The position numbers and the translations under genes are program-made. Shown piece after piece: positions 1-8,806 of a stretch of DNA of 22,934 nucleotides; positions within the stretch are counted from its first letter, which is position 1, and each line of letters starts with the position of its first letter. The notes below the pieces were generated by a model, which was given only the letters and a program-made list of their open reading frames with translations, was not told where the DNA came from and made no database searches. The DNA is taken from contig CALKEP010000059.1 of the NCBI GenBank assembly GCA_938084645.1, forward strand, positions 1-22,934. The letters are read 5' to 3'. The DNA comes from an uncultured Phycisphaerales bacterium (GTDB lineage: Bacteria > Planctomycetota > Phycisphaerae > Phycisphaerales > SM1A02).

Positions 1-529
1 GTCGTTTGCGGCTGGTTCGGGGCGGGACGTCACGTCTCTCCGAGGCTTGCGAGTCGCGGTGTTCGGCGCCGGCGGCGTCGCTCGCGCGGTCGGCTACGGC
101 CTGATCCGGGCGGGCGCCGAGGTGACGGTGTTCAACCGGACGCGGGAGCGGGGTGAAGCCCTCGCGGGCGACCTCGAGCAATGGGGGCGTTCGACCTTCG
201 CAGGAGACGTCGGGGCATTCGATGCGAACGACTTCGAGGGACTCGTCAATTGCACGCCTTTGGGGATGCTCGGAGGCTCGAACGCCGAGGATGCATGCAT
301 CGCCAAGGGCACCCGATTCCCCGAACGGTTCGTCGTCATGGATACCGTCTACGCGCCGCGTAGGACGCCCTTGCTCCGGATCGCGGAAACCCGACATGCC
401 ACGGCGATTGAAGGTCTCGAGATGTTCCGAAGGCAGGCTGAAGCGCAATTCAATGCATGGACTGGTGCGGCGCCCCCCCTGGGGCTCTTCGAATCGCTTC
501 TGCTGGAGGAGAAGTCGGGTTCTTCATGA
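1..529 (+). CDS. aroE: Shikimate dehydrogenase, C-terminal NADP-binding part (5'-truncated by window edge)
   Basis: Frame open from position 2. Motifs GAGGVARA, NRTxERG, VNCTPLGM, DTVYAP, GLEMFxxQAxxQFxxWTG are typical of AroE. Confidence 0.93.
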   Translation, partial: SFAAGSGRDVTSLRGLRVAVFGAGGVARAVGYGLIRAGAEVTVFNRTRERGEALAGDLEQWGRSTFAGDVGAFDANDFEGLVNCTPLGMLGGSNAEDACIAKGTRFPERFVVMDTVYAPRRTPLLRIAETRHATAIEGLEMFRRQAEAQFNAWTGAAPPLGLFESLLLEEKSGSS

Positions 530-569
530 GACTTACGATCTCCGCGGTGAGGTCCTCGGCGCTGGATGT

Positions 570-598
570 TTGGCCCCTGAAGTGTCACGCGTTAGACT
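570..598 (+). promoter_or_regulatory. Putative sigma70-type promoter for the 637 ORF
   Basis: TTGGCC (570-575), 17-nt spacer, TAGACT (593-598). GAGG lies shortly before ATG 637. Confidence 0.45.
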
Positions 599-636
599 GA
601 GTGCAGCGGTAGTCGACTCCCTCCGAGGTTCCGCGC

Positions 637-1368
637 ATGAACACTTCGAGCCTGAAAGATCTCAAGAGCCCGCCCGAGGTTGCAGAGCCGACGGATGTGA
701 TTGCTCCGGCCACGATCGCCACGATCCGGAAGGGTCGGATCGTGCTCGATTCCGAACGCTTCGTTTCGAGCGTGGATCACGAATGCCTCGATTCGTCGGA
801 TCCGCTCGCCTCGGAATGGAGTCAGATGCGTCAGACGATCGCGGTCTTTCCGTTACCGAGCGGCGAACGGAGGCCGCTGACGGAAGCACTGCTTCGAGAT
901 GAAGTCGAGTATTCCGCGGAAACGATCGCCAGCCACACGGGATGCCGATGGATCGTCGACAAGAGGTTGGAATCATTGTTCGACATGGAGTCGGAGCCGG
1001 TGGAGATGATGAAGACGACGATCGAGACCGGATGTCCCGCGTCGCCGCAGATTGCACCGTCCGTATCCTGGTCACGCGCGTTTCTTCAGCGTCTCTCTGG
1101 CCGGACGCCCCGGGCCGCGTCGGATTGGATCGAGATCGAGCCGGGGACCGTGACGACTTCCGTCGGCGGCACCAGGTTGAATTCGGAGTGCGTCACCTCG
1201 GTCTTCCATGAAGCCGGTTCGAACGATCGGATTGACCTCCGCATCATCAGCGAGCGACGTACGGTCCGACTTCGATTCGATTCGAGGAACGACCCGCGGT
1301 TCCTGGCCTTCTGGCCTCGCTGGCGAGCGGAGCCCCGGTCGGATTCCGTTTCAGCCTCGTCCGCGTGA
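637..1368 (+). CDS. Hypothetical protein (243 aa)
   Basis: Fills the gap between aroE and the SDR, has promoter-like and SD-like signals and globular composition. No family recognised. 3' end overlaps the convergent SDR by 18 nt. Confidence 0.65.
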   Translation: MNTSSLKDLKSPPEVAEPTDVIAPATIATIRKGRIVLDSERFVSSVDHECLDSSDPLASEWSQMRQTIAVFPLPSGERRPLTEALLRDEVEYSAETIASHTGCRWIVDKRLESLFDMESEPVEMMKTTIETGCPASPQIAPSVSWSRAFLQRLSGRTPRAASDWIEIEPGTVTTSVGGTRLNSECVTSVFHEAGSNDRIDLRIISERRTVRLRFDSRNDPRFLAFWPRWRAEPRSDSVSASSA

Positions 1369-2202
1369 GCGAACGTCGGCGACCGATTTCAACATCTGGC
1401 GTTCGATCAGTCGGGTCGGGGTGACCGCGAGCACCGATCGCAGGATCTTGTTGACCGCGCCGGTGACCACGACCGGTCGATTCCGCTCGCACGCTCGCCA
1501 GCCCTCGGCGACGACCTCGTCGCGATTCTGCCACATCCATTTCGGCATCTTCTGGGCGAGGTCCGCGATGCCGAGTCGAGCGTGGAACTCCGTGTGGGTG
1601 TACCCGGGACAGATCGCGGTCACGTGGACGCCGGATCCGCGGACGAGGTTCCTCATCCCGCGGCTGGTCGAGACCATCTGGGCCTTGATGCCCGAGTACA
1701 GGCTTCCGGGTGATTCCGGGGCGAAGGCCGCGAGTGAGGCGATGTTCGCGACGCGTCCCCAGCCGCGTTCGATCATCGACGGCATCGCGAGCTGCATGAA
1801 ATGGAGCCACGCGACGCTCATCACCTCCATGAAGTCGGCCACCTCCCGCCAGTCCTGGGTGAGCAGCGTCTCCCGGAGTCCGTGACCCGCGTTGTTCACG
1901 AGCACGTCGATCTCGATCTCGTCGCGGGCGAGTTCGTAGAAGATCCGTCGCGGCGCCTCGGGATCCGCGAGATCGGCGGGAATCACCCGGCAGTCGACGT
2001 CGTGTCGTCGTTGAATCCCCTCCGCGACCTCGCGCAGCACCTCCAGTCGTCGGGCCGTGAGCACGAGGTCGAAGCCGCGGGCCGCCAGGTGTTCGGCGAA
2101 GGCTTCGCCGATTCCGGCGCTGGCGCCGGTCACCAGCGCCGTTCTTCGAGTGGATGTGGAGGCATCCGTCATCGGATCGGTTTCCCGGGAGGATCTGGAC
2201 AT
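1351..2202 (-). CDS. Short-chain dehydrogenase/reductase (classical SDR, COG0300-like)
   Basis: TGASAGIG, LVLTARR, NNAG, NIAS, catalytic YSGIK, CPGYT. Start overlaps the hslU stop (TGATG); alternative start at 2172. Confidence 0.93.
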   Translation of the reverse strand: MSRSSRETDPMTDASTSTRRTALVTGASAGIGEAFAEHLAARGFDLVLTARRLEVLREVAEGIQRRHDVDCRVIPADLADPEAPRRIFYELARDEIEIDVLVNNAGHGLRETLLTQDWREVADFMEVMSVAWLHFMQLAMPSMIERGWGRVANIASLAAFAPESPGSLYSGIKAQMVSTSRGMRNLVRGSGVHVTAICPGYTHTEFHARLGIADLAQKMPKWMWQNRDEVVAEGWRACERNRPVVVTGAVNKILRSVLAVTPTRLIERQMLKSVADVRSRGRG

Positions 2203-3641
2203 CAGAGCACGAAGCGGCCGAGGTCGTCGTCGGACAACGCGGGTTCGACGCGGGCCCGGACGAATGCGGCGTCGACCGTCATCGCCCGATCGCCGCGAGC
2301 GACTCGGTCAGAGGCGTCGAACGCGATCTCCTCGAAAGTCCGTTCGATCACGGTCATGAGTCGTCGGGCCCCGATGTTCTCCAGGCGTTCATTGGCGTCG
2401 GCGGCGAGTTCGGCCATCGCTTCGACCGCGTCGTCGGTGACGTCGACGTTCAATCCGTCGGCAGCGAGCAGGTGGATCTGCTGGGCGACGAGATTGTGTT
2501 CGGGTTCCACGAGGATCCGCTTGAAGTCACTCGCGGTGAGGCCGTCGAGTTCGACGCGAATCGGAAATCGTCCCTGCAGTTCGGGCATGAGATCGCTGAC
2601 CGCGACGTCGTGGAACGCACCCGCGGCGACGAAGAGGATCCCGTCGGTCTTGACCACGCCGTGACGAGTGGTGACCGGACTCCCTTCGACGATGGGGAGC
2701 AGGTCCCGTTGCACGCCCTGGCGACTCACGTCGCCACCCTGACGACGTTCGCTCGCCGCGATCTTGTCGATCTCGTCGATGAACACGATCCCGTCGAGCT
2801 CGGTGCGTTCGATGGCCGCCTCGAGGGCCCGGTCGGCGTCGATCAACGGTTCGATCTCCTGCTCGACCAGGATCTCGAAGGCTCGTGGCACCTTCAGCCT
2901 TCGTCGCTGGGTCTTCGCCGGCATGATGGACTCGAGCATCGAGCCCAGTCCGCCCATGGTGGGATCCGTCGGATCCTGACCGGCGCCAGCCATCGGGATC
3001 GTGGGCTTCTCCCGAATCGTGATCTCGACCTCCTGGTCGTCGAAGCTTCCGGCGTCGAACTTCTCTCGCAGTCGGGCTCGAACCCGTTCGTGCGGTGACG
3101 GCGTCGCGTCGGATGCCGACGCGTCCGGAGCGACGCCCGCGTCCTCGCCGTCGGTCCCGGTCGATGCTTCGGAGCGTTCTCCGAGCAGGATCGAGATCAA
3201 CCGGTCCTTCGCCATCTCCTCCGCTCGGTCCCGGACCTGTTCGGCCTGTTCCTGTCGCACCATGCGGATCGCGACTTCGAGAAGATCCCGGATCATCGAT
3301 TCGACGTCCCGGCCGACGTAGCCCACTTCGGTGAACTTGGTCGCTTCGACCTTCACGAAGGGCGCGCCGACGAGAGTGGCGAGCCGGCGGGCGATCTCGG
3401 TCTTCCCCACGCCCGTCGGTCCAAGCATGATCATGTTGCGCGGGACGACTTCGACCGCGATCGCGCGTGGGAGCTGCCGGCGACGCCAACGGTTCCGGAT
3501 CGCCACCGCGACCGCCCGCTTGGCGTCGGTCTGGCCGATGATGTGCCGGTCCAGCGCCGCGACGATCGCGGTCGGCGTCAGGTCCGCCCCGGCCGGGTCG
3601 GTGGTGGTCGGTGCGAGTTGGCGTTGCTCGGAGTCGGTCAT
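2202..3641 (-). CDS. hslU: ATP-dependent protease ATPase subunit HslU (ClpY)
   Basis: LTP..IV..LD.HIIGQ..AKRAVA.AIRNRWRR, Walker A GPTGVGKTE, ATKFTEVGYVGRDVESMIRDL, FIDEIDKI, GVQRDLLP, ELQGRFPIRVEL, ENIGARRL, C-terminal DLGRFVL. Start set at ATG 3641. Confidence 0.97.
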   Translation of the reverse strand: MTDSEQRQLAPTTTDPAGADLTPTAIVAALDRHIIGQTDAKRAVAVAIRNRWRRRQLPRAIAVEVVPRNMIMLGPTGVGKTEIARRLATLVGAPFVKVEATKFTEVGYVGRDVESMIRDLLEVAIRMVRQEQAEQVRDRAEEMAKDRLISILLGERSEASTGTDGEDAGVAPDASASDATPSPHERVRARLREKFDAGSFDDQEVEITIREKPTIPMAGAGQDPTDPTMGGLGSMLESIMPAKTQRRRLKVPRAFEILVEQEIEPLIDADRALEAAIERTELDGIVFIDEIDKIAASERRQGGDVSRQGVQRDLLPIVEGSPVTTRHGVVKTDGILFVAAGAFHDVAVSDLMPELQGRFPIRVELDGLTASDFKRILVEPEHNLVAQQIHLLAADGLNVDVTDDAVEAMAELAADANERLENIGARRLMTVIERTFEEIAFDASDRVARGDRAMTVDAAFVRARVEPALSDDDLGRFVL

Positions 3642-3707
3642 GACGGGATATCGTAGATGACAATCCCGCATCGGGAACCGATTCGCCCCACGATCAGGAG
3701 ACGACCC

Positions 3708-4178
3708 ATGCACGCCATTCTTCGATTCATCCCCGCGGTGGCGCTCGCGCTGGTCGCGATCCTCGCGGCGGGCTGCGGGAGCGTCCCGGATGCGGATGCC
3801 TCGATTCTCGAGATTCGTGCGGCGTCGATCGATCCGATGGACGGCTGGACGGAATCCGACGCGGTGATCGGCGGATCCCGGGTCTGGATCTCCCCGGACA
3901 TCACCGTGGACGCGTCGATGGTCCTGATCGCCGAACCGATCAAGGATGGAAGCGGTCGGAACGCCGTCCTCGTCGATCTCGACGAGGAGGGTACGGAAGC
4001 GCTCCGACGCCTGACCACGTCGTGGATCTCGAGGCCGCTCGCGGTCTTCATCGACGGCCGGATCGTGACGACCCCGATTCTCCAGTCACCGCTCTCGCGG
4101 AAGTTCGTGGTGGCCAGCGACGAGATCACGGAGGAACAGGCCGAGGATCTCGCCCGTCGGCTCCGCGATCAGGACTGA
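3708..4178 (+). CDS. Lipoprotein with stand-alone SecD/SecF periplasmic P1-head-like domain
   Basis: CAGGAG SD then ATG 3708; lipobox LAAG-C. LDEEGTEALRRLT...LAVFIDGRIVTTPILQSPL...ITEEQAEDLARRL resembles the SecD P1 head. No TM helices after the signal peptide. Confidence 0.75.
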   Translation: MHAILRFIPAVALALVAILAAGCGSVPDADASILEIRAASIDPMDGWTESDAVIGGSRVWISPDITVDASMVLIAEPIKDGSGRNAVLVDLDEEGTEALRRLTTSWISRPLAVFIDGRIVTTPILQSPLSRKFVVASDEITEEQAEDLARRLRDQD

Positions 4179-4214
4179 ATCCACTTCGGGGCGGCCATCT
4201 CGTACCATCTGGGG

Positions 4215-5399
4215 ATGGCAACCCTGTCCTACCGAACCGCAGGCGAGTCGCACGGTCCCGCCGTGGTCTCGCTCCTCGAGGGGCTTCCCGGCGGAGTCGC
4301 CGTGGACCTGGAATTCATCGACGCGGAGCTGGTCCGCCGGCAGGGCGGCTACGGCCGTGGCGGCCGACAGCGGATCGAGACCGATCACGCCGAGTTTCTC
4401 GGCGGCGTCCGACGCGGCCGGACCACCGGCGCGCCGGTCGCGATGCTCGTTCCGAACAAGGACAGTCGGCTCGACGACCTGGAACGAACGCCGCCGGTGA
4501 AACGGCCGCGCCCCGGCCACGCCGATCTCGCCGGCAGCATCAAGTGGTTGACGCCGGACTGCCGCGAGACGCTCGAACGCGCCAGTGCGCGGGAGACGGC
4601 GGGACGGACCGCGATGGGCGCGTTGGCGCGGTGCTTTCTCCGGGAGATCGGCATCGAGGTCTTCGGATTCGTCCGCGGCGGCGGGCCGGATCCCGAGGCG
4701 ATGTGTTCGGTGGAGGTGACGGATTCGAACTGGAAGACGCTTCGCGATGCGCGGGATGCCAGCGCCGTCTACATGCCCGACCACGACGCCAGCGAACGGA
4801 TGATCGCTTCGATCCGCCAGGCGAAGGTCGACAAGGACACCGTCGGCGGCTTCGTCGAGGTCCATGTCTTCGGGTGTCCCCCCGGGCTCGGTTCCTGCGT
4901 TCAATGGGACGAGCGGCTCGACGCCCGACTGGCCGGAGCGATCATGGGAATCCAGGCGTTCAAGGCGGTGGAGATCGGGTTGGGAACCGGGTGTGCGACT
5001 CGAAACGGATCCCAGGTGCATGATCCGATTCACTTCGACGCCTCGAAGATCGCGGAATCGCATCTGGGCTTCACCCGTCCGAGCAACAACGCCGGTGGCC
5101 TCGAAGGCGGCATGACCAATGGAATGCCGGTCGTGGTCCGGGGCACCATGAAGCCGATCTCCACGCTGCTGCGGGGGCTCCCGAGCGTGAACCTCGTGAG
5201 TCGGGCCCCGGAAGAGAGCCAGTACGAACGAAGCGACGTCAGTGCGATCGCGGCCGCGAGCGTGGTGGCGGAGAACGTCGTCGCGCTGGAGATCGCCCGG
5301 GCGGTGCGTGAGAAGTTCGGCGGCGATTCGCTGGCCGAAGTCCGAGCGCAGTTCACGTCGTACCTCGAACTCGCGCGAGCCCTGCCGAAATCCGACTGA
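4215..5399 (+). CDS. aroC: Chorismate synthase
   Basis: TAGESHG, RRQGGYGRGGR, RPGHADLAG, ERASARETA, NNAGGLEGGMTNG, MKPISTL, ERSDV. Confidence 0.98.
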   Translation: MATLSYRTAGESHGPAVVSLLEGLPGGVAVDLEFIDAELVRRQGGYGRGGRQRIETDHAEFLGGVRRGRTTGAPVAMLVPNKDSRLDDLERTPPVKRPRPGHADLAGSIKWLTPDCRETLERASARETAGRTAMGALARCFLREIGIEVFGFVRGGGPDPEAMCSVEVTDSNWKTLRDARDASAVYMPDHDASERMIASIRQAKVDKDTVGGFVEVHVFGCPPGLGSCVQWDERLDARLAGAIMGIQAFKAVEIGLGTGCATRNGSQVHDPIHFDASKIAESHLGFTRPSNNAGGLEGGMTNGMPVVVRGTMKPISTLLRGLPSVNLVSRAPEESQYERSDVSAIAAASVVAENVVALEIARAVREKFGGDSLAEVRAQFTSYLELARALPKSD

Positions 5400-5432
5400 G
5401 GTCCACGGGGCTTTTCCGAGGAGTCCTTCGAA

Positions 5433-7766
5433 ATGGACGCCGAACCGAATTCGATCGATCTGTCCACTGCGGAACGCGTCGCGGTGGAAGGACTGCTGGC
5501 CGGCCACTGGGGGGCCGGCGACGTGATTTCGCGTCTTCCGGGGGAGAATCTCAATCTGCTGGTGCGATCCGAGGATGGACGCAGGTCGGTGCTCAAGATC
5601 ACCACCGACGAGTCCGCCGACGTCGAACTCGAGGAGGCGATCCTCGACGCGCTCGAGGGGTCTGGAATCGCGGTGCCGTCGGTGATCCCCGATCGAGCGG
5701 GCGAACGCATCGTTCGATTCGACTTGAACGGCGTCGACGCGAGGGCCCGCATGCAGCGGTTCCTGCCGGGATCCGCGTGGAGAGACGCCGCCGCCACGCC
5801 CGAGCTGGGGCGGTCGATCGGTCGCATGCTCGCGGAGGTTCATGCGGCGCTGGCCGGATTCGAGCACGCCGGGGCCGAGCGATCGCATGCGTGGGACCTC
5901 GCGACCGGTCTCATGCATCGTGGTTCGATCGTCCATGTCGAATCGAGCGCTCGAAGAACCATGCTCGAGTCGATCATGCAGGAGCATGCCGCGATCGTGG
6001 AGCCGCTGCTCGGGCAGTGCCCTCGCGGCATGCTGCACGGCGACGCGAACGACGAGAACGTCCTCGTGGAGGGTGATCGAGTCGCGGGGCTCATCGACTT
6101 CGGCGATGCGTTGCGGGGCGCCCTGGTCCAGGATCTCGGAATCACCCTCGCCTACGCGGCCCAGCACGGGACTCCCCCGAATCTCGATCTCGCGGCGTCG
6201 ATCGTGGCCGGGTACCACGATGCAAGACCCTTGCAGGCGGAGGAACGGCGGGCGCTGTTTCCGATGCTTCGTTCCCGACTGGCGACCAGCGCCCTGATCG
6301 GTGCCGCGCGGCGGGCGGCATCGCCCGAACACGCCACCTGGTACTCGCATGAGGAGACGACCTGGCGGACGATCGAGTCGCTGGCATCGTGCACGCCGGC
6401 GGCCGGCAGGTCGATGCTGTGCTCCCGGATCGAATCGATGCCTCCGCGTGATCCGGCGAACGACGCGTCGCTTCTGAACCGGCGCCGCGCCGTCACCGGG
6501 GCCAATCTCTCCCTGAGCTATGAAGAACCCCTGCACATCGTGGAAGGGCGTGGTCCGTACCTGATCGCTTCGGATGGTCGGCCGTATCTCGACCTGGTCA
6601 ACAACGTCTGTCACGTCGGCCACTGTCATCCGCGCGTCGTCCAGGCGATCTCGAATCAGGTGTGCACGCTCAACACCAACACCCGGTACCTGCATGAGGG
6701 TTTCGCCGAGTACGCGGAGATGCTGGCGGCTCGTCTTCCCGATCCGCTGGACACCGTGTTCCTGGTGAATTCCGGCTCGGAGGCGAACGAACTCGCGTTG
6801 CGGATCGCACGGGCCGCGACGGGTGCGAAGGACGCCCTGGTGATCGACGGCGCCTATCACGGCCATGCCGGGAACTGCGTCCAGATGAGTCCCTACAAGT
6901 TCAACGGTCCCGGGGGTGAGGGTCGGCCGGAGTGGGTGCACGTGGCGCCGGTCCCCGATCGATATCGAGGGGCGATCCGCGGTGATGGTGAGGACGTCGG
7001 CGCGGCCTACGCCCTTGAACTCGCGACGACGGTCGGCGCGGCCTGCGCCGCGGGACGGTCGATCGCCGCGTTCTTCGCGGAACCGATCCTCTCCTGTGGC
7101 GGACAGATCCCGCTTCCGAGCGGCTACCTCGCGGCGGCGTTCAAGCACGTCCGGAACGCGGGCGGACTCTGTGTCGCGGACGAGGTCCAGGTCGGCTTCG
7201 GTCGGGTCGGCGATTCGTTCTGGGGATTCGAACTCGACGCGGCGGATGGTGGCGAGGTCGTCCTGCCCGACATCGTGGTGATGGGAAAGCCGATCGGCAA
7301 CGGTCATCCGATGGGGGCGGTGGTGACGACGCGTGCGATCGCGGACGCCTTCGCCAACGGGATGGAGTTCTTCTCGACCTTCGGCGGCAACCCGGTGAGT
7401 TGTGCGGCCGGCAAGGCCGTGCTGGAAGTGATCGACGACGAAGACCTGCAATCGCGTGCCGCCACGCTGGGCCGCCGATTCATCGACGGGCTCCGTGGAC
7501 TGCAGGCTCGGCACGAGTGCATCGGCGACGTTCGCGGCCGCGGCCTGTTCCTGGGGGTGGAGTTCGTCCACGATCGGGAGGCTCGGACCCCGGCCGCGGA
7601 CGTCGCGGATGCGGTGACCCAGGCGATGCGGCGGCACGGCGTGCTGCTGTCGACCGACGGCCCTCGGCACAATGTCATCAAGATCAAGCCGCCGATGATC
7701 ATCGAGCATGCGGACGTCGACATGACGCTGCGACTGCTCGACGACGTGCTCGGCGGCCTGCCCTGA
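5433..7766 (+). CDS. Fusion of APH-family phosphotransferase (hydroxylysine-kinase-like) and class-III PLP aminotransferase/phospho-lyase
   Basis: N-terminal VLKI, HGDANDENVL, IDFGD. C-terminal YLDLVNNVCHVGHCHP, NTNTRYL, NSGSEANELA, YHG, DEVQVGFGRVG, MGKPIGNG (PLP Lys), FSTFGGNP, VRGRGLFLGVE, IKIKPP. Confidence 0.9.
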   Translation: MDAEPNSIDLSTAERVAVEGLLAGHWGAGDVISRLPGENLNLLVRSEDGRRSVLKITTDESADVELEEAILDALEGSGIAVPSVIPDRAGERIVRFDLNGVDARARMQRFLPGSAWRDAAATPELGRSIGRMLAEVHAALAGFEHAGAERSHAWDLATGLMHRGSIVHVESSARRTMLESIMQEHAAIVEPLLGQCPRGMLHGDANDENVLVEGDRVAGLIDFGDALRGALVQDLGITLAYAAQHGTPPNLDLAASIVAGYHDARPLQAEERRALFPMLRSRLATSALIGAARRAASPEHATWYSHEETTWRTIESLASCTPAAGRSMLCSRIESMPPRDPANDASLLNRRRAVTGANLSLSYEEPLHIVEGRGPYLIASDGRPYLDLVNNVCHVGHCHPRVVQAISNQVCTLNTNTRYLHEGFAEYAEMLAARLPDPLDTVFLVNSGSEANELALRIARAATGAKDALVIDGAYHGHAGNCVQMSPYKFNGPGGEGRPEWVHVAPVPDRYRGAIRGDGEDVGAAYALELATTVGAACAAGRSIAAFFAEPILSCGGQIPLPSGYLAAAFKHVRNAGGLCVADEVQVGFGRVGDSFWGFELDAADGGEVVLPDIVVMGKPIGNGHPMGAVVTTRAIADAFANGMEFFSTFGGNPVSCAAGKAVLEVIDDEDLQSRAATLGRRFIDGLRGLQARHECIGDVRGRGLFLGVEFVHDREARTPAADVADAVTQAMRRHGVLLSTDGPRHNVIKIKPPMIIEHADVDMTLRLLDDVLGGLP

Positions 7767-7838
7767 CGCCTTCGAGGTCACTGCGGCGCCGGGATGCTCA
7801 CCGGCGGCGCGGCGGGGATTCGGCCGGTCGCCACCGGA

Positions 7839-8591
7839 TCAGGGAAGCTCGCGAATCCGCAGTCCACGGAATTCGATGGGCGAGCCTTCGCTCTCGAGCG
7901 CGAGGTACCCGGTCGCGGGCGAGCACTGGTTGCCCCCGGAGACTTCCACGCCGTTCACCCAGAGGCGGACTTCACCGTTGATCGCGCGAATGTAGTAGTG
8001 GTTCCATTCGCCGGTGTCGCGGGTGGTTTCCTGGGTGGGAAAGCTGCGGCGCTTGTTCGGTGCCATGGGTGGAAAGGGCTTCATGGTCGATGCGCCGACC
8101 GGGAAGACGTCGCCATGACAGGTGAACCAGTTCGCCTTGTTGCCACCCTTTTCGTACGCGGCCTTGTAGCCGAGGTCGAGCACCTGGACTTCGATCCCCT
8201 CTGGAAGGCCGGGGCCCTTCAGCCGGTCCATCGACTCGATCGGCGACCAGAGGAAGATGCCGGAGTTGCCGGCGTCCCGAAGGTGTCGCCATTCGCAGAC
8301 GAGTTCGAAGTTGGTGTAGGGCTTCACGGATCGCGTGACGCTGACCGGATCGCCGGTGCACTTCACCGCGTTGCCGTCCCAGGCCCAGGTGTCGGGTTTG
8401 CCGTTGACGTTCTGGAAGTCGGCTTCAACGAGATCCCGGAACCCCGGGGCGGTCCCGTCGATCATCGCTCGAGGCGTGTCGGGTGCGGGATCGTCGGAGG
8501 GGGTGCCACGCGGGCCTGCGGAGTCGGCGACCGCCGCAAGCACCATGGCGAGGATGGCGACAAGGAGGAGGGGGATGGAGGATCGGAGCAT
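7839..8591 (-). CDS. Secreted DUF1080 (3-keto-disaccharide hydrolase-like) domain protein
   Basis: Signal peptide from ATG 8591 with GAGAGG SD. Y.NFELVCEW, GNSGIF, GIEVQVLD, GEWNHYYIRA, VNG, G.LALESEG..IEFR.LRIREL are typical of DUF1080. Confidence 0.88.
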   Translation of the reverse strand: MLRSSIPLLLVAILAMVLAAVADSAGPRGTPSDDPAPDTPRAMIDGTAPGFRDLVEADFQNVNGKPDTWAWDGNAVKCTGDPVSVTRSVKPYTNFELVCEWRHLRDAGNSGIFLWSPIESMDRLKGPGLPEGIEVQVLDLGYKAAYEKGGNKANWFTCHGDVFPVGASTMKPFPPMAPNKRRSFPTQETTRDTGEWNHYYIRAINGEVRLWVNGVEVSGGNQCSPATGYLALESEGSPIEFRGLRIRELP

Positions 8592-8638
8592 CGGTGTGGC
8601 CTCTCGGTCGTTCGGGAATCGCGGCGGGAATGGCTGTC

Positions 8639-8647
8639 GTTGTACCA
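8639..8647 (-). promoter_or_regulatory. Possible extended -10 element (TGgTACAAC) for the DUF1080 gene
   Basis: TG-n-TACAAC on the minus strand about 50 nt upstream of ATG 8591. Confidence 0.3.
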
Positions 8648-8772
8648 ATTCGGGATGGATTCGAGTGGTGATCGAATCATGCGGGGTGCCGGAACGATCC
8701 TCATCGATCGGGCTTCCGGGCACGCGGATTGGAGATGGAACCCTGCTCACGGGCCTAAATTGATGTTTTTTC

Positions 8773-8800
8773 TTGCAATCGCCACAGGAGCGGTCAAGAT
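8773..8800 (+). promoter_or_regulatory. Putative sigma70-type promoter with AT-rich upstream tract
   Basis: TTGCAA (8773-8778), 16-nt spacer, CAAGAT (8795-8800). Preceded by the conspicuously AT-rich taaattgatgttttttc in an otherwise GC-rich window. Confidence 0.45.
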
Positions 8801-8806
8801 GTCGCA

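Noticed and set aside
526..600. 24-aa ORF overlapping the aroE stop (ATGA), in frame with the 637 ORF
   Set aside because: Ends at TGA 598-600 and overlaps a plausible promoter. No support for read-through or coding.
3642..3713. N-terminal extensions in the ORF track (hslU from 3713; likewise DUF1080 from 8807, CDF from 14312, NTF2 from 16367, SnoaL from 21904)
   Set aside because: Extensions are low-complexity or overlap neighbours. Downstream starts fit SD or -10 signals and signal peptides better.
4086..7781. 1231-aa minus-strand ORF
   Set aside because: Antisense shadow of aroC and the kinase/aminotransferase gene. Arg/His-rich with no motifs, as expected from high-GC codon bias.
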